From positions 71,734,001 through 71,798,000 of the forward strand of contig NC_067404.1 of the NCBI RefSeq assembly GCF_016432865.1: a stretch of 64,000 bases of DNA. The letters run 5' to 3'. The notes below the pieces were generated by a model, which had not been told where the DNA came from, searched no databases, and saw only the letters and a program-made list of their open reading frames with translations. The stretch is from Antechinus flavipes. Its lineage: Eukaryota. The first letter of the stretch is position 1; the number at the start of each line of letters is the position of its first letter. The position numbers and the translations under genes are program-made. Shown in pieces: positions 59,991-64,000 of the stretch.

Positions 59991-62428
59991 AACCTAATCC
60001 TATGATTGTATGAAACATGTTCTTACGGGGTAGCTGTGAAGAATAAAAGAAAGACTTAAAGTGTCCCCAAATGCTTCCCATAAGTTGTAATGTTAGTTGC
60101 TAGTGAGTGCCTCTTACTAAAAGCCTAATGGTGAAAAACCCAAATCAGTCATGGAGTCACTATGTAGCTCTCACATCTAGGCTTGCAAAATGTCAAGAAC
60201 TCTTCTACAAAACCAAAATTACTCTGCAAAATGGCTCTAGAACTTATTTTGAAATGCAGGTTTCCTAATCCCAGATTAAGAATCATCCTCATATTGCACT
60301 GTGCAGTATTTAACAATAATAATAAGGATGTGTTTATATCAAGCTTTAAGGTTTACAAAGCATTTTACGTAGATGTTAACTCAGCTGATGTTCAACATGC
60401 TATAGATATGTTGATCACATTTGCTCAACCTGAAGCTCACCCCTGAATCCCAGGAAAGATCCCTGGGGATCTGCTAACTCTCGACTCTACCAGGGCGTAC
60501 CTTGTTCGTGTGGATGCCTTGCCAAAGTTTTAGGGGATCCCCCAAATTTATGAGTGCTCTAAAGTGGATTTCTTTGGAGGAACCAGCCTGATTTCTAGGT
60601 TCAGTTGGAGTTAGCTGTGTGTCTCAAATCTCAAATCTGCGTGTGACCTTGGAGAGATATACTTTAGGCCAAACATCCCCTCTCACTGGTTGGGGATGTT
60701 AAAAACGGTCATTTTTGCCAACTGCTTGTTAACATGAATTGTAATATTAATTAACTGTTAGTGAGAGACTGTCAAGAGCACTATTGATTTTTTAAAAAAT
60801 TTCTCCAGTACAAAGGCAATTATTTTAGAAAGGTAATTGAGAAAGCACCTTTAAGAAAGCAGCTCTAGACTTCTATCTCTGTCTTTGTGACAGGCATATA
60901 ATACAGCAGAATGGAAAAGAGACATAAAGAGGCCTCTACATGAAGTATGCAGTTAGGTAGGGATGACCTTGAGACAAAAAAAAGACCTTTTTAAATAAAA
61001 CTATAGTTCTGTCCCTTTTCCTTTATTACATGAATATGAAAATTGTATACCTGCTTCCTGGCTTACTATTCCTTTCCTATTTGTGTCTACAAGGCGCTTT
61101 CCTTTCATTAACTTACGTAGCGGCATTTCTGACTCTGGTATCAGAAAGCATAAAAACCACTAAGATTGGTTATTTGTAACTATAGCAAAATATGATTGTT
61201 AGGAATATGAGTGTTATGAAAGTATACTGAAGTAGATGGAGGAAATGGAAATGGGGCAGACTGAAAGACAGAGGGGCTAAGAGAGTTGAGTTGCCTTGAG
61301 AAAAACGAATTCCAAATGGAATGATCTATTGTACCTATCACATGACTACTGGGGCCATGTGACAATTAATGAATTTCGTCTTACCGGTCCACGTCCACGG
61401 AAAAGTTGGGTGTACCGGGTGTCAATTTAATGGATTGTAAAGTTTAGGAACTGATGTCAACGTGAGGAAAGGATACTTTTGCTTTGGATTCAGGCTCCCC
61501 AGCCCCCAGCTCCACTTGCCCACACATATGACTTGGGTAGAAATGATATATATTGAAGAGCACTCTAGGTATCTAGGGACCACCTCAAGCCTGCATTTGA
61601 GATAACAGCCTGGAAGGGAGATCAGAAAATCAGATTGGAAAAAGGACACTACTTGCATGGAGAGAGTGCAGACATGCATGTGAACTTGGGAGATTACTTG
61701 TACCCTTGGCTCTTTGCTGATAGGGAGCTGTGAGGGAGGATAAAAAGAGACCGCGCAACATGGCCAGGGCATAATATTTCCAGAACCTTAAGGAGAAGGT
61801 GCAGTGGCTGTCAAAGTCGGTACAGGAGGGGAAGCAATGCGGGACAGATGGTCTGGGTCTTCAGCACTGCTTTTGGGAATCTGAACTATTCTTTCTCTGA
61901 AGCAAGGGAAGCAGTGACATTAAAAGGGGGATGTGCAGCACTTTCTGGAAGGCTGAGATCTGACATCTATTTGGGAACTGGGTATAGACCATCTCTCCTA
62001 CTCATGTATTTTGTTTGGTTTGTCTTTACTGCTCTGCTACTAATTACTCCTAACCATGGAAGATAATGATTTGGGTCTTGGATAAACAGGATTTCCTAAT
62101 TGATTCATTTTTTTGTCTTGTCTTCCATTTGACTACTAAAGAGATACTTTTACCATTGAAGTTCTGTAGGATTTTGAATGTGTGTCTGCATTTATGATCT
62201 GGTATAAATATTAATTAATGGGGCTTTGGACCACAGTTTTGGAGAGTTTGAAGACCAAGACAGTCCAAGTGAACCTGGGAAAGAAGGTGGAGGATGCAGA
62301 ATTATGCAGGATTTGAGGGGGAAATAGGGTTATATTTACCTTACAGTCATTGAGACCTATTCATCCTCTTCCTAGAGATCCAGTATCCCTAGAACTTTGC
62401 CTTGCTGCACTGTCCCTCACACAACTGC

Positions 62429-62429
62429 A

Positions 62430-62467
<38 letters not shown>

Positions 62468-62478
62468 GCACACACACT
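62429..62478. repeat. (CA)n microsatellite
   Basis: Read directly; interrupted near the 3' end. Confidence 0.95.
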
Positions 62479-62544
62479 CCCCCCACACCCAGTAACCAAG
62501 TGCATGAACGGGTTCAGACATGCACACACAGAAGCCACCATTTT

Positions 62545-62600
62545 ACAACGGGTCATCTCTTTTTGGTATGTAGGACCCCTTTGACAATCTGGCACTTTTT
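62545..62600. mobile_element. Possible hAT-Charlie fragment
   Basis: GGACCCCTTTGACAATCTGG resembles a Charlie-family subterminal motif. Confidence 0.3.
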
Positions 62601-63392
62601 TCACATTTAAATTCTCGGATCCACTGAAATGGTTATACAACTGGATTCCCAGTTGAGAAATCTTAGTTTACAAGAAGTAGTTTTCAAGCCACAATTTATC
62701 CTGTCCTGTAAAATCTTTAGGCATTGGGCAGAATTTCCATTCGAATGCAGGCATTAATGCTAAGAGTTCAAACCACTAAATTGACCCAGGACACAAAAGT
62801 TTAAAAAAAAGTTCAGCTGAAAACTTCCTGTATATAACAGAATTCAGAAGTTGATAAAAATAATTGAATTAGTCATAATCTTATTTACAACAGTAAGACA
62901 GCTTATTAAGACATACTAGTAATAACAATGCTGGGGTTTCTCAGGTATTTTCTATTTTTTAAATATCAAATAAGGATTCAATTAGAAGCACAAAATCTAG
63001 GTTCAAAATTGTTTGGCTACTTACTGCCCTACATGCCTTCTCAGTTCCTTTTCTGTAAAAAAAAAAAAAAAAAAGTAGGGGGGAGTATACCAGATGATCT
63101 AAAAGGGGCACTGACAACTCTGAATCCTTTTCTGATGATCTCTAAAGTAGTAGGGGTGTGTGTGTAAGAGTGTTCACCTTTCCACAGTTATCACTGCACC
63201 TTCATAGAAAATAGCCAAGATTTCCACTTAGTTTATAGGTTTTGAGCTAGAATGAATGAAGAAAAGTCATCTAGTCAAACCATCTAATTTTATGGAGGAG
63301 GAAACAGGCTGAGAGTAGCAGTGCTCATCATGAGGGATATAGGAAGCAGCATCATGCTGACTGAATAATGGCTTATTCCATTTTCCCTATAG

Positions 63393-63494
63393 GTGACTTT
63401 TTGAAGAGAGGTAGAAAGTATTTCTTAGTTCTATTCTCTATTTGAAAAGAATTCACTTCTATTTGGCATTATCTTTGCCATTTCATATGAAAAG
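63393..63494 (+). other. Candidate 102-nt non-coding exon
   Basis: Acceptor CTTATTCCATTTTCCCTATAG, donor AAG|GTAAGG; stops in all three frames. Confidence 0.25.
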
Positions 63495-63619
63495 GTAAGG
63501 TCATTTAAACAAAATACGTTAATCATCTACTCTAGTACTTCTGTCTAAAAGGAGCTCATTTTAATTAGGTAATCATTAAGTTGAAAGTTGGGGGGGGGGG
63601 TGCAAGATATACAGAGAGA

Positions 63620-63647
63620 TATAGATGTAGATAGATAGATAGATAGA
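63620..63647. repeat. (AGAT)n-type tetranucleotide repeat
   Basis: Read directly. Confidence 0.85.
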
Positions 63648-64000
63648 CTTCCTGTGCTTTTTGTACAAGATCATTAAAGGTACTCAAGTAAATGTTGTTT
63701 AAATCAACTGAACCATTTGTATCCGTTACTCCAACTCTAAGATTCTATATTTCTTCAGTATCAGAAACATCAGCTTATAGTTCTAAACTTTAAAAAAATG
63801 GGGGATCACAAAAATGAGCCCCAGATATGGAGAGTTTTTTCTAACGAGTCATCCTCTGATCCACATTGAGTTTATTCAAACCAAATAACATCAGTTCTCG
63901 AAAGGTACCATATTATCTGCCAAAAGGCAGGGAAATAAAATGAAAAGACAAATATATTCCAAGTCACGTAGGTGCAAAAGGGATGAAATGAAACCACTGC

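Noticed and set aside
61422-61772. 116-aa minus-strand ORF; also 57826-58185 (+, 119 aa) and 36137-36421 (-, 94 aa)
   Set aside because: No homology recognised, no flanking splice or Kozak support, and composition typical of random open frames.
1-64000. miRNA, snoRNA, tRNA, rRNA and CRISPR-like arrays
   Set aside because: No known mature miRNA or structural RNA was recognised by eye, tRNA-like boxes occur only in SINE heads, and there is no repeat-spacer array. An Rfam/miRBase scan was not possible, so lineage-specific small RNAs are not excluded.

Overview
This is marsupial genomic DNA, probably a dasyurid such as Sarcophilus (inference from the MAR1 and WSINE1-type SINEs, RTE LINEs and the L1 ORF2/3'UTR type). 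It is a draft assembly with two sized N gaps. I recognised no protein-coding gene, RNA gene or viral insert. The only ORFs with recognisable products are LINE remnants (L1 ORF2, RTE, CR1); the rest of the ORF track looks like noise. The window is intronic or intergenic and dense in MIR, L2, CR1/L3, MAR1, L1, RTE, solo LTRs and a hAT MITE, separated by CpG-retaining non-repeat blocks that look like conserved non-coding elements. Best-supported structure: four L1 insertions with readable target-site duplications, including a 2.6-kb L1 nested in an internally deleted RTE. Most interesting but unproven: a cluster of strong + strand splice signals at 19.2-21.1 kb (39-nt exon, alternative acceptors, poly(A) signals) and further + strand exon candidates at 35.6, 37.1, 54.5 and 63.4 kb, which may belong to an unidentified spliced transcript. 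Repeat boundaries, subfamily names and CpG counts are by eye; no search was run.
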